This document shows, one piece after another, positions 1-11,176 of a DNA stretch of 64,000 nucleotides. The stretch comes from Piedraia hortae CBS 480.64. Taxonomy: Eukaryota. Position 1 is the first letter of the stretch. Each line of letters starts with the position of its first letter. The position numbers and the translations under genes are program-made. Under the pieces are notes generated by a model. It was not told where the DNA came from. It made no database searches and saw nothing but the letters and a program-made list of their open reading frames with translations. The stretch lies in assembly GCA_010093745.1 (NCBI GenBank), contig MU005997.1, positions 62,001 through 126,000 on the forward strand. Reading direction: 5' to 3'.

Positions 1-201
1 CCCTGGCATGATGAAGTTGAGCGCGAGCGGCAGAAGTTGAGACGCTTGATGGACGTTTTGGATAAGAAATTGTCCAAATCGCAGAGTCACGTTGAGCTGG
101 GAGAGACGGAATCAAGCGAGGATGACGTGTACATTGAGGACCAAGAGGAGACTCTATTTGTCAACCCGGAGACACTTGCAGCGCTGGAGAGTAGGTTGTA
201 G
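1..201 (+). CDS. 3' end of a gene entering from the left; unknown product
   Basis: Frame 1 is open from base 1 (PWHDEVERERQKLRRLMDVLDKK...LESRL) to TAG at 199-201. Confidence 0.5.
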   Translation, partial: PWHDEVERERQKLRRLMDVLDKKLSKSQSHVELGETESSEDDVYIEDQEETLFVNPETLAALESRL

Positions 202-369
202 CATACATGTATCTTGTATTCTTGTGTTGTCCTGGCGTTCAGTTTCAAAGGTGACGTCGGGTAGGCCGAGGATTAGCCGCGGGCCTTGGCACACTACCAG
301 AAAACGCCCCACACGTCGACACCGGCACAGTTTACTGCCGCTCGCACAATCCACTGATACACTGCAAAT

Positions 370-859
370 ATGGGCGCTGCTAAAGCTCACATTCCGATTG
401 TCAAGAAGCACCGAGCGCGGTTCAACCGCCACCAGTCGGATCGCTTCAAATGCGTCGACCCCAACTGGAGGAAGCCTAAGGGCATTGACAACCGCGTGCG
501 TCGCCGCTTCAAGGGCCAGGCCGCTATGCCCAAGGTGTGTTACTACGGCAAATGGAAGGGAATGTGATGCTGACAGCTTAGATTGGCTACGGCAGCAACA
601 AGAAGACTCGTCATATGATGCCTTCGGGCCACAAGGCCTTTCTCGTGCGCAACCTCGCAGACCTCGAGCTTTTGTTGATGCACAACCAAACTTACGCTGC
701 CGAGTAAGCTAGACAGTGTCCCAGAGAATGGCTGGATGCTAACAGATCAGAATCGCGCACAATGTGTCTTCACGCAAGCGGGTGGAGATGGTTGCTCGTG
801 CGAAACAACTGGGAGTCAAGGTCACGAATGGCAAGGCGAGGATTTCAACCGAGTCGTAA
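370..859 (+). CDS. RPL32: 60S ribosomal protein L32 (eL32), 3 exons
   Basis: [50 protein letters not shown]; introns 535-581 and 704-750 (47 nt each) with GCTGAC/GCTAAC branch sites; TAA at 857-859. Confidence 0.97.
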
Positions 860-896
860 AAGTGTAGCGCGTATCTGATGCTTCCCATGGCTACCA

Positions 897-1595
897 TTAA
901 CTCTCATCCATGACATCCTCTGCACCTTTTATTTGCACAACCGACTTAATATCCCGATTCCAGTATGCCACAACGCCGACCTTGAAATCCGCCATGACAA
1001 TGCCAAACATCTTGAGCAAAGCCGTCTGGTTGCTGTCCATGACCTTTCCCTCCTCCACAATCGTATACTCTTGATCGAGCATGACCCGTCCTTTGCTCAA
1101 CTTGGTAGGCATCCCCCACTTCCTTAACGTCGCCTCAATCGAGTGTGGAACGGGCGTGTCATCCTCAACATCAATCTCCCCGCCCCTCGAATAGACCACT
1201 CCTTTCGGAACAGTAACGGTCCTAGTAGCCACATGTCCAGCGCGGGCATAATCCGTCCTCACGAAGGTATCAAAGAAACCCAACACATCACCCGGTGTCT
1301 CCTCCGTAAACAACAAACCAACATCCCCCTTTAAATACGGCGAGAGCGGAATGTTCACCTCCTCAAGCGCTTTCGCAGCAAGCTTAACCCCACCAAAGAC
1401 AATCTTCCCCGAGTCCCGGAACCGCTCGCGCACTTCTTTGAGGTAGGAATTGCGCATGTTGCGCACGCTGAGGACGTAGATGTGGCTGTACTGTTGCGCG
1501 TTTTCGAGTACTGTCGTCCATACTGCAATTTTGAGCCCCTTTTTCTTGGCCACTTTGCTTGTGTGCACTGTGCGCGCGCGTTTTGATTTCGGCAT
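897..1595 (-). CDS. MRT4: Ribosome assembly factor Mrt4 (uL10 paralogue)
   Basis: MPKSKRARTVH, NMRNSYLKEVR, GDVGLLFT, DYARAG, QTALLKMFG motifs; intronless, 232 aa. Confidence 0.93.
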   Translation of the reverse strand: MPKSKRARTVHTSKVAKKKGLKIAVWTTVLENAQQYSHIYVLSVRNMRNSYLKEVRERFRDSGKIVFGGVKLAAKALEEVNIPLSPYLKGDVGLLFTEETPGDVLGFFDTFVRTDYARAGHVATRTVTVPKGVVYSRGGEIDVEDDTPVPHSIEATLRKWGMPTKLSKGRVMLDQEYTIVEEGKVMDSNQTALLKMFGIVMADFKVGVVAYWNRDIKSVVQIKGAEDVMDES

Positions 1596-1843
1596 GGTGG
1601 GTGTGGTGTGTTTGGAACTTTTTTTTGGGGGGGGGGTGGAGTGGGGTCGCTAGCGCGGTTTGGTTCAGCGCGATGTGGGTGCGGGATGTGGGGGATGCGG
1701 GGGTGCGGGGCTGTCATCTTGCTTCTGCTGGACAAGTAATGATGGAGGAGATTGGGGTTTATTTCAAATCAGGTTCGTCCTTATCGATGAATATAAACTG
1801 GAGCCTGGCCGACGGACTTTGCTCACCTTGGCAACCTCATACA

Positions 1844-2739
1844 ATGGTCAACAACTCAGCACAAGGGCTGTTCAACGTCAACGGTCTCGTTGCTGTCATC
1901 ACCGGAGGGGGCTCGGGTCTGGGGCTCTATACGGCGCGCTCTTGATACTAACGGAGCCAAGGCTGCCTACATAACTGGTCGACGCGAGCAGACGCTCCAA
2001 GCCGCGGCCAAGACGGGCGTCAACGGGACCATCAAGTCTATCGTAGGCGACATCACCGACAAGGAGAGCTTGTCCCGCGGGGTTGAACAGATTCGTCGGT
2101 AACAAGGCAACATTAACGTCTTGTTTTGCCAATGCCGGCGTAGCCGGACACATGGATGTCGACATGCTCGAGGCCAATGACCAGCACCTCGGTCTCGAAG
2201 AGTTCCAGAAGAACTTATGGCAGACATCGGCCGAAGACCATTGCAATGTGATGTCAGTCAAGCTGTGTGCCTACCTACCTTGGCGCCGTTGCCTTCCTCA
2301 CCTTGGTGGGCGCAGGCAACAAAGAGGGAAACGTGAATCAGGCAAGTCCGATTGTGATCACGGCTTCATCGTCCGGCTCCCATCGCAACTTGATCTCAAG
2401 TTTTACTTATATCAAGTCCTGGGCGGCAGGCATCCATCTGTCCAAAATGTTAAGCACAACTCTAGCCCAGAACAACTACGGCATCCGCTGCAACTGTCTT
2501 ACCCCAGGCTTGTGCCCGAGCGAGCTGACACAACAGTGGATGAAAGGAGAAGCGAAGCACGGTGAATTCGCAGGTTCTCATCCATTACCGCGGAACTTTG
2601 TTCCCGCTGGCCGCACTGGCAGCGAACAGGATTACGCCAGTCTTGTCCTTTATTAGCCAGCGAAGCGAGTGCTGATGTGAATGGACAGGTCTTGGGCTCG
2701 GATGGTGGTGCGCTTTGCCTTGCGCCGGGCACTTATTAG
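1844..2739 (+). pseudogene. Short-chain dehydrogenase/reductase pseudogene
   Basis: VAVITGGGSGLG, YITGRR, GDITDK, ANAG, IRCNCLTPG and GQVLGSDGG motifs are split over several frames; in-frame TAA at 2100-2102; about four frameshifts with no splice signals; catalytic YxxxK reads YIKSW. Confidence 0.8.
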
Positions 2740-2891
2740 ACTGCGGAATCAAGCGGTAAAGTCAAGATCCGCCTTATGTAAGTGTAAACATCTTCCCTCC
2801 AAGCAATACAGCGTCATGGACAGCGAACCGCATATCAAAAGATGCTCATGCTAGGTATTATACTCATAGAACTATATCATATCTCATGCAC

Positions 2892-4280
2892 TCATGCAGA
2901 CACTCTGGCCAGTTCGGACCTCACAGGAACATTCTCCTTTCTATCCTTTGACGGGAACCCATCGACCTTTACGTGTTTACGGAAAAGGAGACAATGGGTA
3001 CTGCCACCAAAGTGGAACATACCCGTCTGCTCTCCCTTCTCGACATGCTGACCTTCCTTGACGGTGATCTCGCAGGTGCTGACCTCATCCATGCCAACGC
3101 CAATAAAGGCCATGAGGCCAATGGCCGGGTTATCGGCTTCGATGAAGATGATTGCACGCGTCGCCAAAGCGGTAAGGTAGCCCAGGCCGCCGGTTATGCC
3201 CTCCCTGTCAATGCTCGAAGTGTTGGGATCAGCAAAGCCCTCAAAGGGAGGCTCGGCAAAGTACGTCCCATCCTGTACAAAGGCTCGCTTGATGGTTCCC
3301 GCGACGGGAGAGTGCCAACGGTGGTATGACAGTGCCGAGAGGAAGGCTTGGTACACTGTGCCGCCGGCGAACTCTTCGGCCAGAGGGTCTTGAGCCAACA
3401 TGTCCCTGACGGAGTACGGCTGGCCTTTGATCCAGAACCGGTCTCGCAGCTTCACGTTGCGGGCCACGGTAAACGGCTTGCTCTCGCACGCATTGACGAT
3501 GACGTTGTCGTCTTTGGGCGATGCCACGGGGCGTGCTTGATCGTGGACGCGGCGGGTGAAGAAATCGTCCCACGACTTGAAGCCATAGTGCTTGGCCTTG
3601 GGGTCGCATTGGAAGATTTCCTCAAAGGCAAGTGAAGTGTTGGAAGCCGCATTGGCGACCTGGATGAGGTCTTTCTTACCAACTGGTCCAAACCAGCCTT
3701 GGGTGTGATCGCCCAGCACCTCCGCTGATTTGGGTGATTTGAGGAACTCACCCCAAGCGTTCAGAATCTTTTTCAGATGCTTGTTCACTTCAGGATCAAG
3801 GAACGCAGCATACCCAGCCGTGGTTCCCATGACATAATCCAGCAGACCGGCCATCGGAACTCCAACCATTCCCGCGTTGGCGGCACGATCGGTCCAATGA
3901 GGAGCCCTGGAAAAGGTGTGGTTCAGCACCTGCAGCAGCTGGTGATAGTCGTGGATCTGCTTGGTGCCAGTAGGGTCCTTGTTATAGGGTGCCTTACGAG
4001 GAACCTGCTCAAACATGTCGGTGAAGTACATGTAGATGCGTGGGTTGTTCTCTATAAAGTCTTTGAACTCTTGAAGCGTGGGCGACAGCTGCTGCTTGCC
4101 GGCCGCATGAGTGTCCTCGACCTGTTTCTTGACCCAGGCATGGGTGATGCGGTGGTCTGGAGGCAGCCAGTCGCTGTGCCTGTTGCTGGTTAGTTTGGTT
4201 TCGCTAGCATCGTGTCTGTTCTACCTGTGCACGCGGTGTTCATCAGGGATCTCGTGTTCGTCTCCGTGTTGCTGTACCAT
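2892..4280 (-). CDS. Phosphatidylserine decarboxylase-family protein (PsiD/L-tryptophan decarboxylase-like subfamily)
   Basis: QEFKDFIE, YGFKSWDDFFTR, NACES, FLSALSYHRWHSP, FIEADN, EVSTC and the GMFHFGGST pyruvoyl self-cleavage motif; ATG at 4280, 39-nt intron 4186-4224. Confidence 0.88.
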
Positions 4281-4371
4281 CTTGTCTTCGATCACGATGA
4301 GGAGGAGAGCGGGGAGGATAGCGGGGAGGGTGAAAAAAACTTGATTGACCTTGACGTCACTGTGGAACTAG

Positions 4372-4919
4372 TTACTGCGTCTTCTTAAGGCCGGCGCTAC
4401 TGAGCCAGTTTTGGAAGGGTTCCGCCACGAAGCGCCCGTCCTCGGTGAACCAAGTGGTAAAAGGTTCTTGGATCTCCATGGGCTTTGACTGCCCTCTGGT
4501 TACTGTTAGGTAGTATGTGGGGTCGTGTTTGTTCGTTTTGCTGGCAAATGAGGTCTGTAGCTTTAGCAGTTGGCCTGCTTTTAGGAGCCAGTACTCACCT
4601 TCTGACCCGTAGGCGGCGTGCCCTCAAACACAATCTTCTTCTCAACCCCCCAGATCCACCATGTAAAGGCGGCATTAAGCAGCGCGTAGGCAACCACGGC
4701 CACAGCTGTCCAGTCCTTGGTCGCCTCCCAGCCTAGCTTGCGGTCAAAGTAAAAGGTTGCGGCTGCCACAGCGACAGCTGAGAAGCCCAAGGCCAGCTTC
4801 ACGTCCATCTTTGTATTGTCCTGGACGTAATTAAGGGAGCGGAGATAGTTGCCGAGCGCATCGTCTGTGGTGCTTTTGAGGTCGTTGAGGTTGTAGGGGG
4901 AGATGCGCGAGGTTGCCAT
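4372..4919 (-). CDS. SPC2: Signal peptidase complex subunit 2 (SPC25 family)
   Basis: YNLNDLKSTTDDALGNYL, two TM helices, intron 4555-4598, exon 2 ...PFTTWFTEDGRFVAEPFQNWL...KKTQ* (KKxx ER retrieval signal). Confidence 0.88.
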
Positions 4920-5072
4920 GGCTGTACCTGTACTAGTAGTGCTTGTGTTGTTTGCTATGGTTTTGGTTTTGGTTGTTGTTGCTCTACCTTTATTGCAGTT
5001 GTTGTCGGTTTGGGTGGATCTATGTAGAACTATGTAGGTGGTTGAGGTCCATGTAGTTGACATCTGTCACCC

Positions 5073-5897
5073 ATGGCACAACAACAACTCCACCGAGATG
5101 CGGCGCTATTGTAAGCTACTCTTCCCCTATATAGTCTCAGCTAACCCGACAGCTACTGGATATTGCTGCCAATTACGGTCGTCATGATCCTTACTGGCGT
5201 CTTGAGGCACTACCTCTCGGTCCTTTTACAGTCGGCGCCCAAGAAGCTGCTGCTCCCCAAGATGCGCGAGCAGCGACAGCTGTGGCACGCACAGCAGCTG
5301 CGCTCTCATTGCTACCTTCTCAGCTCCGAGTCTTTTCGCCGGCGGAGGGATGCGTTCATCGCAAACGCCAAGGACGGAAAGTTCCTCGCCGATGGCCCCG
5401 AGAGTCGTGGTCAGGCCAAGCCCAATCCGCTGAGCGACCCAGCCATGATGGAAGGAATGATGGGCATGATGAAGGGCAATGTGGCCATGATGGTGCCACA
5501 GAGCCTCATCATGGGCTGGATCAACGCCTTCTTCGCTGGCTATGTCATCCTCAAGCTGCCGTTCCCCCTGACCCCTCAGTTCAAACAAATGCTCCAGGCT
5601 GGGGTCGGCACGCGTGACCTCGATGTGCGCTGGGTGTCGTCACTTTCGTGGTATTTCCTCACCCTTTTTGGCCTGCAGCCCGTCTACAACTTCATCCTGG
5701 GCAGCAACCACACAGCCAACCAGGTCACACAGCAGGTGCAGATGCAGCAGCAGAACCCCATGGCTGGAGCAGAGGATCCAGACAAGCTGTTCCTCAACGA
5801 GAGTGAGAATCTCGAGGTTGTGGAGCACTGGTCGATGCTGGACGGCATACAAGGGCGAGTCCTCGCCACATACAATAGACCTCATTATATCACATAA
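5073..5897 (+). CDS. EMC3: ER membrane protein complex subunit 3
   Basis: MAQQQLHRDAALF|YWILLPITVVMILTGVLRHY, KLPFPLT..FKQMLQAGV.TRDLDVRWVSSLSWYFL; intron 5111-5152. Confidence 0.95.
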
Positions 5898-7146
5898 ACG
5901 ATTGGCAGTTGCGTGTTACGCTGGTCATCAAATCTGTCCATCCATCCCTTCCTAACCTTTTTAGCATCACCTGTGCCCGCGGTGCCTCGGAAAAGACGGT
6001 GGCATTGATCCGCTGGTCCCGCGCGTTTTCGCTCACAATCTTCCCTGGGTACAATGCCCGGAGCATCTGCAGCACGAGGTTGACTGTGTAGGGGCTGGAA
6101 ACGGCAAATATCCGCTGTTGTTGCACATCCGGCAGAGCCAATGCCGCCACGTGCAAGGCAGCCGCATCTTGTACGTCGACAAAGTGCTCTGGTTTACGCT
6201 GTTAGCCTATATCAANNNNNNNNNNNNNNNAAAAAAAAAACTGGTCATGCTTACGTGGAGGTGCCCATGTGGCGTCGGCAGCACGGCCGTCAAAGATGCC
6301 CTTCAGCTGGCCCACAGATGTGCGGAATCCTTGATTGACAGGGTCAAGCATGCGGCCCCAAAGCGTGCCAGGCAAGATGGTGTTGACGGTAAACGGCCGC
6401 TCCTTGGCCTTGTCTATCCAAGTCCACACTGCCTGTTCTGTCTGCACTTTGCTGCTGCAATACACTGCCCATGCCCGCTCTGGGCCATACGGTGGCAAGT
6501 CCCATGCCTCGCCGAATGAAGCCATGTTCCAGCTCTCTGAAGTGACTTCTTCCACCCTTCCCGACTGGTACGTTGCCGCTGCCGCTGCGGCGCTGCAATA
6601 CACAAACCGCAGCATTTCAGGTTCACCCGCCGCCGCTTCCAAAATGTTCAAAGCTCCTGCCAGCGTTGGCGTAATAACCTCTTCTGGATCCGAAGACCAT
6701 GACATGACCGAAGCGAGGTGCACAACGCCCGCACATCCCCTGATGGCGGCGTCAAAGGCCCCTCGCGGCGTCATATCAGGTACAACTGCGACCGAATACC
6801 GCTCTGGGCCATAATTATCCCAGAAGTACTTGCTTGTCCACACTGCCTTTTCCAAGTCCCTTACCGTTCCCCTCACACGATAGCCATAGCGAAGCAATTG
6901 GTCCACGACGTGCATTCCCAACCAGCCATTGGCTCCTGTCACCAGCACAAGCGAATCCAGTGGCAAAGCGCCTTTATCAATATCAACGCGATCCGGGGAC
7001 GCTGGTGGTCTGTATTTGAGCTTTGGCGACGTCAAAGGCGACTCTATGGGTTCCGAAGTCGAGTTGGACGAGTGTGACGAGACATCGCTAAAGACAGATA
7101 GCGATTGTCTCTGCCGTTGCATACGTTCCATGAAGCGTGGAGCCAT
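5890..7146 (-). CDS. NAD(P)-dependent aldehyde reductase II / epimerase-dehydratase family with an N-terminal low-complexity extension
   Basis: VLVTGANGWLG, VRGTVR, YCSSK catalytic motif, |QHFVDVQDAAALHV; intron 6189-6254 spans the N gap; start codon uncertain (7146, or in-frame ATGs near 7178). Confidence 0.82.
6216..6230. other. Assembly gap (15 N) next to a poly(A/T) run inside an intron
   Basis: Ns at 6216-6230 followed by A10. Confidence 1.
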
Positions 7147-7379
7147 TGCTTCCCTTTCTCTTCCTATCATTGTCATCATCTCCAACCCCTCAGTGAAGAT
7201 TATGTTCCGCCGCCGCTGACATGCATTGAGGGGGCAATCAGCACACTTGTACACGTGGGGCTACGATAGGCTGCATGATGGCGTCTACACGCATATCCCC
7301 TTGTGTAATTCTGACTCGAGGCCCCCATTTTCGTGTCTGGTATCACCGCAGCTGAAAGTGAACGCATGTGAGAATATTC

Positions 7380-8900
7380 ACCCAAAGCTTGCCGCTTCCT
7401 ATAGGGGAGGCATTCTTGAACTGTTGTATCGGATGCAGAGTTGACACAAGCAATTTACTTGCATGCATGCCTGAAAATCCTGATCCTACCGAGAGGGAAT
7501 TCCAAGGTTATGTTGAATACGACATTGTCAGCCGATCTCATTGGTCTCGTGTTGGGTTGTTTGAGCGGTTGTGTAGCATTGATGGAACTACTAATGACCT
7601 TGTGTGGTGCGGTGGCAAATTTTCCAACTTTGATTCAAAGTGTAACAAAAGTGACTGACCTGGATATATGCAGTACCATTGTAAGATTTACTACCTATCC
7701 GGTCTTGATCATGTTTAGCAAACGGATAGCCATGGGACTCATCCTCACAAATGTTCATTGTGAAATCATCGTCCATCTCCCGGTATGAGGCTTTCCCTGC
7801 TCTTCCCCTTTGTACCCACGACTCGAGCTCCATTGGTGAAAACAATGTATGGCCTCGTAGACAAGTCATTGACCAATCGAAAACTGATCTTGCAAATACT
7901 GAGTGATGGGAAATTCTCTCTCGTATTTGTAAACCATTTAGACGTAGTGGAAATCCCCAGGTGACCATTTTCAAATCCTCAGGTACATTCAACCCCGGAT
8001 ACAGCGATTGCAGCTCTATGGCGGGCGGTCAGTACCCACATTCTACACACCTGGAGAGGCCGGGAGAGGCCTGCTGTATCTAATCTCGAGTTTCCCATAT
8101 TTCCCCTCTTCAGCCTTTTTACGAGTCCACCAGCGTTCTACCAAAAAAAGGTTGTATCAGACAACCTTCTCGAAAAACTTTCACGTTTTTGGCCATCCCC
8201 AACTCTATCTCATCACAACTAACCCCCCTCCGTAAACTCCCTTCGTATCCCACTACTTCGTTGCAATGTTCATCCAAATAATGGGACGATCCGCGAGGGT
8301 CTCGATCTGGGTAGCGAACCGGTATCATGTTCCTCCTCAATATAACATGCCATAATAGTCCTCCTTCAAGAAAAGTCGATACCATGATCGTGGTGGAACC
8401 TATCCAGAGACTTTCACCGAAGAAGGATCACAAAAGTCTACTCGTAGTGACGTGGAGACGGGAATTCTAAGGAGGGGTGAGAAGGTGAGACCGTCTTAAT
8501 GAACGTGGCTGTCCGCCTCGACTTCTGCAAACGAACCATTTTTGTTTGGGTGGGTTAGATGAAGATATAACCACTCACTCAGGGTCAAGGACCGAAAATG
8601 ACATTGCAGCAGATTTGGTAAGGTATTCCAAGCACCGCCATACAAATCCTCCGGGTGGAATAACCCGGAATGATTTTGCAACGCGAAGTTGATCAAAACC
8701 AATTCGATCCATCTACTCTCAAATTTGGTAGAACAGTACTGATATCCCCAACATTACAGACTCGTACATACAAGGTAAGTCCGTTTTTACTGCGCAAGAA
8801 TTTATACCCAGACCATATGAAGAAAAGTAGTAGCCTTGATTCCCACGGATAACTACACATGAAGCGTATATCCACACAGCGATATCATGTTCCATCCCAA
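7380..8900 (+). pseudogene. Candidate endogenous viral element: degraded Mononegavirales-like L protein fragment (CR IV to CR V/PRNTase)
   Basis: Ordered motifs across frameshifts: SLPLPIG, ENPDPT, GLVDKSLTNRKL, DCSSMA..HTWRGRERPAVSNLEFP, FTFLAIPNSI, NSLRIP/YF, TRSDVETGILR..STSAN..H..LDEDITT, DLVRYSK, EVDQN..GRTVL. Lower GC than the flanking genes, many stops, no introns. Confidence 0.65.
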
Positions 8901-9231
8901 AGAAACCAGCCCAGTTATCTACCCAATACCACTGGTTCATGTACCTAGAAGAGAATCCAATGAGAAGTTCACATTCAAGCAATGGTAATTTGCTCCACAG
9001 GAAAGTATACACGAAAGCCTTTTCGCTTGGGTCTTGTCATGAATGCCTTCCAGACGAATTGCATCTCACTGCCAATTGACGAACATGCGAATAGTCTGCT
9101 ACAAGTATTCCGGATTTAGATAGCTTCTATATTGATCAGGGTAGGAGGTTTTTCAGCACCAAGACTATTTCAAAACAGGAATCGAGTACAGAACAGCACA
9201 ATCAAACACACTCCTTTGCTGTACTATACAC

Positions 9232-11176
9232 TTACGAAAAGCCCTGGTTGAACTTCTGAATCACACTCCGAAGCTTCTGCTCCAACTCTTTGCTGACAGC
9301 CCCCTCCTTTTCGATCTGATCCAGAATGCCACCCTCATTAGACTTTAGATGGCTCAAGAAGTCGGATTCCCACTTGAGGATCTTGTCGACTGGAATCTTG
9401 TCCAAAAGACCGTTGACACCGGCAAAGATCAGCGGTACCATCTCGTTGACGGCCATTGGGTTGTACTGCTTCTGCTTGAGCAGTTCCGTCAAACGCTCAC
9501 CACGGTTGAGCGTCTGCTTGGTAGCAGCATCAAGATCGGAGCCGAACTGAGCGAAAGCAGCAACCTCACGGTATTGCGCCAAGAAGAGCTTGAGGGATCC
9601 GGCAACCTGTTTCATCGCCTTCAGCTGGGCCGCTGATCCGACACGCGAGACCGAAAGACCGACGTTGATGGCCGGACGGATACCCTTGTAGAACAGTTCA
9701 GATTCGAGGAAAATCTGACCATCAGTAATGCTGATGACATTTGTGGGAATATAGGCCGAGACGTCACCACCCTGAGTCTCAATGACGGGCAGGGCAGTAA
9801 GCGAGCCACTTCCATGATCCTTATTCATCTTGGCAGCACGCTCGAGGAGACGCGAATGAAGGTAGAACACACTGCGAAAATGTTAGCAATACATCGTGAA
9901 TATTTCTCACACATTAACATACTCGCCCTATTAAACGTTAGCAGCAGCTCAGAAAGTACAAAGGGCAAGCAACATACAGGGTACGCCTCACGTCCGGGAG
10001 GACGACGGAGCAGCAGAGACATTTGCCTGTAGGCAACGGCCTGCTTGGAAAGATCGTCGTAGGTGATGACGGCGTGTTTGCCGTTGTCCCGGAACCATTC
10101 ACCAATGGCACAGGCGCTGAAGGGTGCAAGGTACTGCAGGGGCGCAGCCTCGGAAGCCGTGGCAGCAACGACAATCGAGTACTTCATGGCATCGTTCTCT
10201 TCCAGCGTCTGGACGAGCTGGGCGACCGTGGACCGTTTCTGACCAACGGCGACGTAGATGCAATAAAGCTTCTTGTCCTCGTCATTGGAGTTATTCCATC
10301 GCTTCTGGTTCAGCATGGCATCAAGGGCAACAGCCGTCTTTCCAGTCTGACGATCGCCGATGATAAGCTCACGCTGGCCACGGCCAATCGGCACCATGGC
10401 GTCGACGCACTTGAGGCCAGTCTGCATAGGCTGGTTCACGGAGCGACGAGGAAGAATGCCAGGGGCCTTGGCCTGAGCACGACGGCGCTCCTTGGTCTTG
10501 ATTGGGCCCTTGCCATCAATCGGGTCACCGAGGGCGTTGACTACACGTCCCAGCATCTCGGGGCCGACGGGAACGTCGACCTGGCTAAGTTAGTAGGGGT
10601 ATGTTGTAGCCGGGGATTATGCTTACAATGTGCCCGGTGCGCTTGACGCTCTCGCCTTCTTTGATGGTAATGTCGGAACCGAAAAGCACGACACCGACCT
10701 GGCCAGCTTCCAGATTCATGCACATGCCGCGGACACCGGACGCAAACTCGACGAGCTCCTCAGCCTGGACATTGTTCAGGCCATGGACACGCGCGATACC
10801 GTCACTGGACCTGCTGTCAGCCAATGTCCATCTGTCCAACCTGTCATGTCCCTTACCCAACCGACAATACGCGACCAGTCTCGGAAAGTCCGCTCTCTTC
10901 TTGCACACCGCGAATTCGCTGCTCGAGGATGGAAGAGACCTCAGTGGGGGAAGCCTTAGCTTCAGAGGCATAGCTGCGAGCGAAGGTGTTCGCAATGGCG
11001 GGAACGCGTTGCTGAGCGTCATGTTAGCTCAATCAGACCATTCAGCCATCCGCGCCTAAGAGTATAGTAACCCCGGTGCGACGCAAGCTGCAGCAAAAAC
11101 TCACCGATGTCACTTTGCTGGTCGCCGTCAGCGCTCCCGCGCAGCGGGCGCTCGTCCGGAGGGCCCTGCTTAGCAT
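9232..11176 (-). CDS. ATP1: Mitochondrial F1 ATP synthase alpha subunit, 6 exons including a 5-nt micro-exon
   Basis: [23 protein letters not shown] Walker [23 protein letters not shown]; introns 11012-11104, 10805-10856, 10581-10626, 9928-9977 and 9872-9922. Confidence 0.98.

Noticed and set aside
1844..7146. Psilocybin-like or other secondary metabolite cluster around the PsiD-like gene
   Set aside because: Neighbours are SPC2, EMC3, MRT4 and a pseudogene; no kinase, methyltransferase, P450, NRPS or PKS.
8188..8199. FGHP resembling the L-protein CR I GHP motif
   Set aside because: It falls in the middle of the CR V-like motif series and in a different frame from FTFLAIP; out of order, so treated as coincidence.
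9872..9977. Stwintron (nested intron) or a single long intron in ATP1
   Set aside because: The five central bases are needed to encode G-D, so they are exonic.
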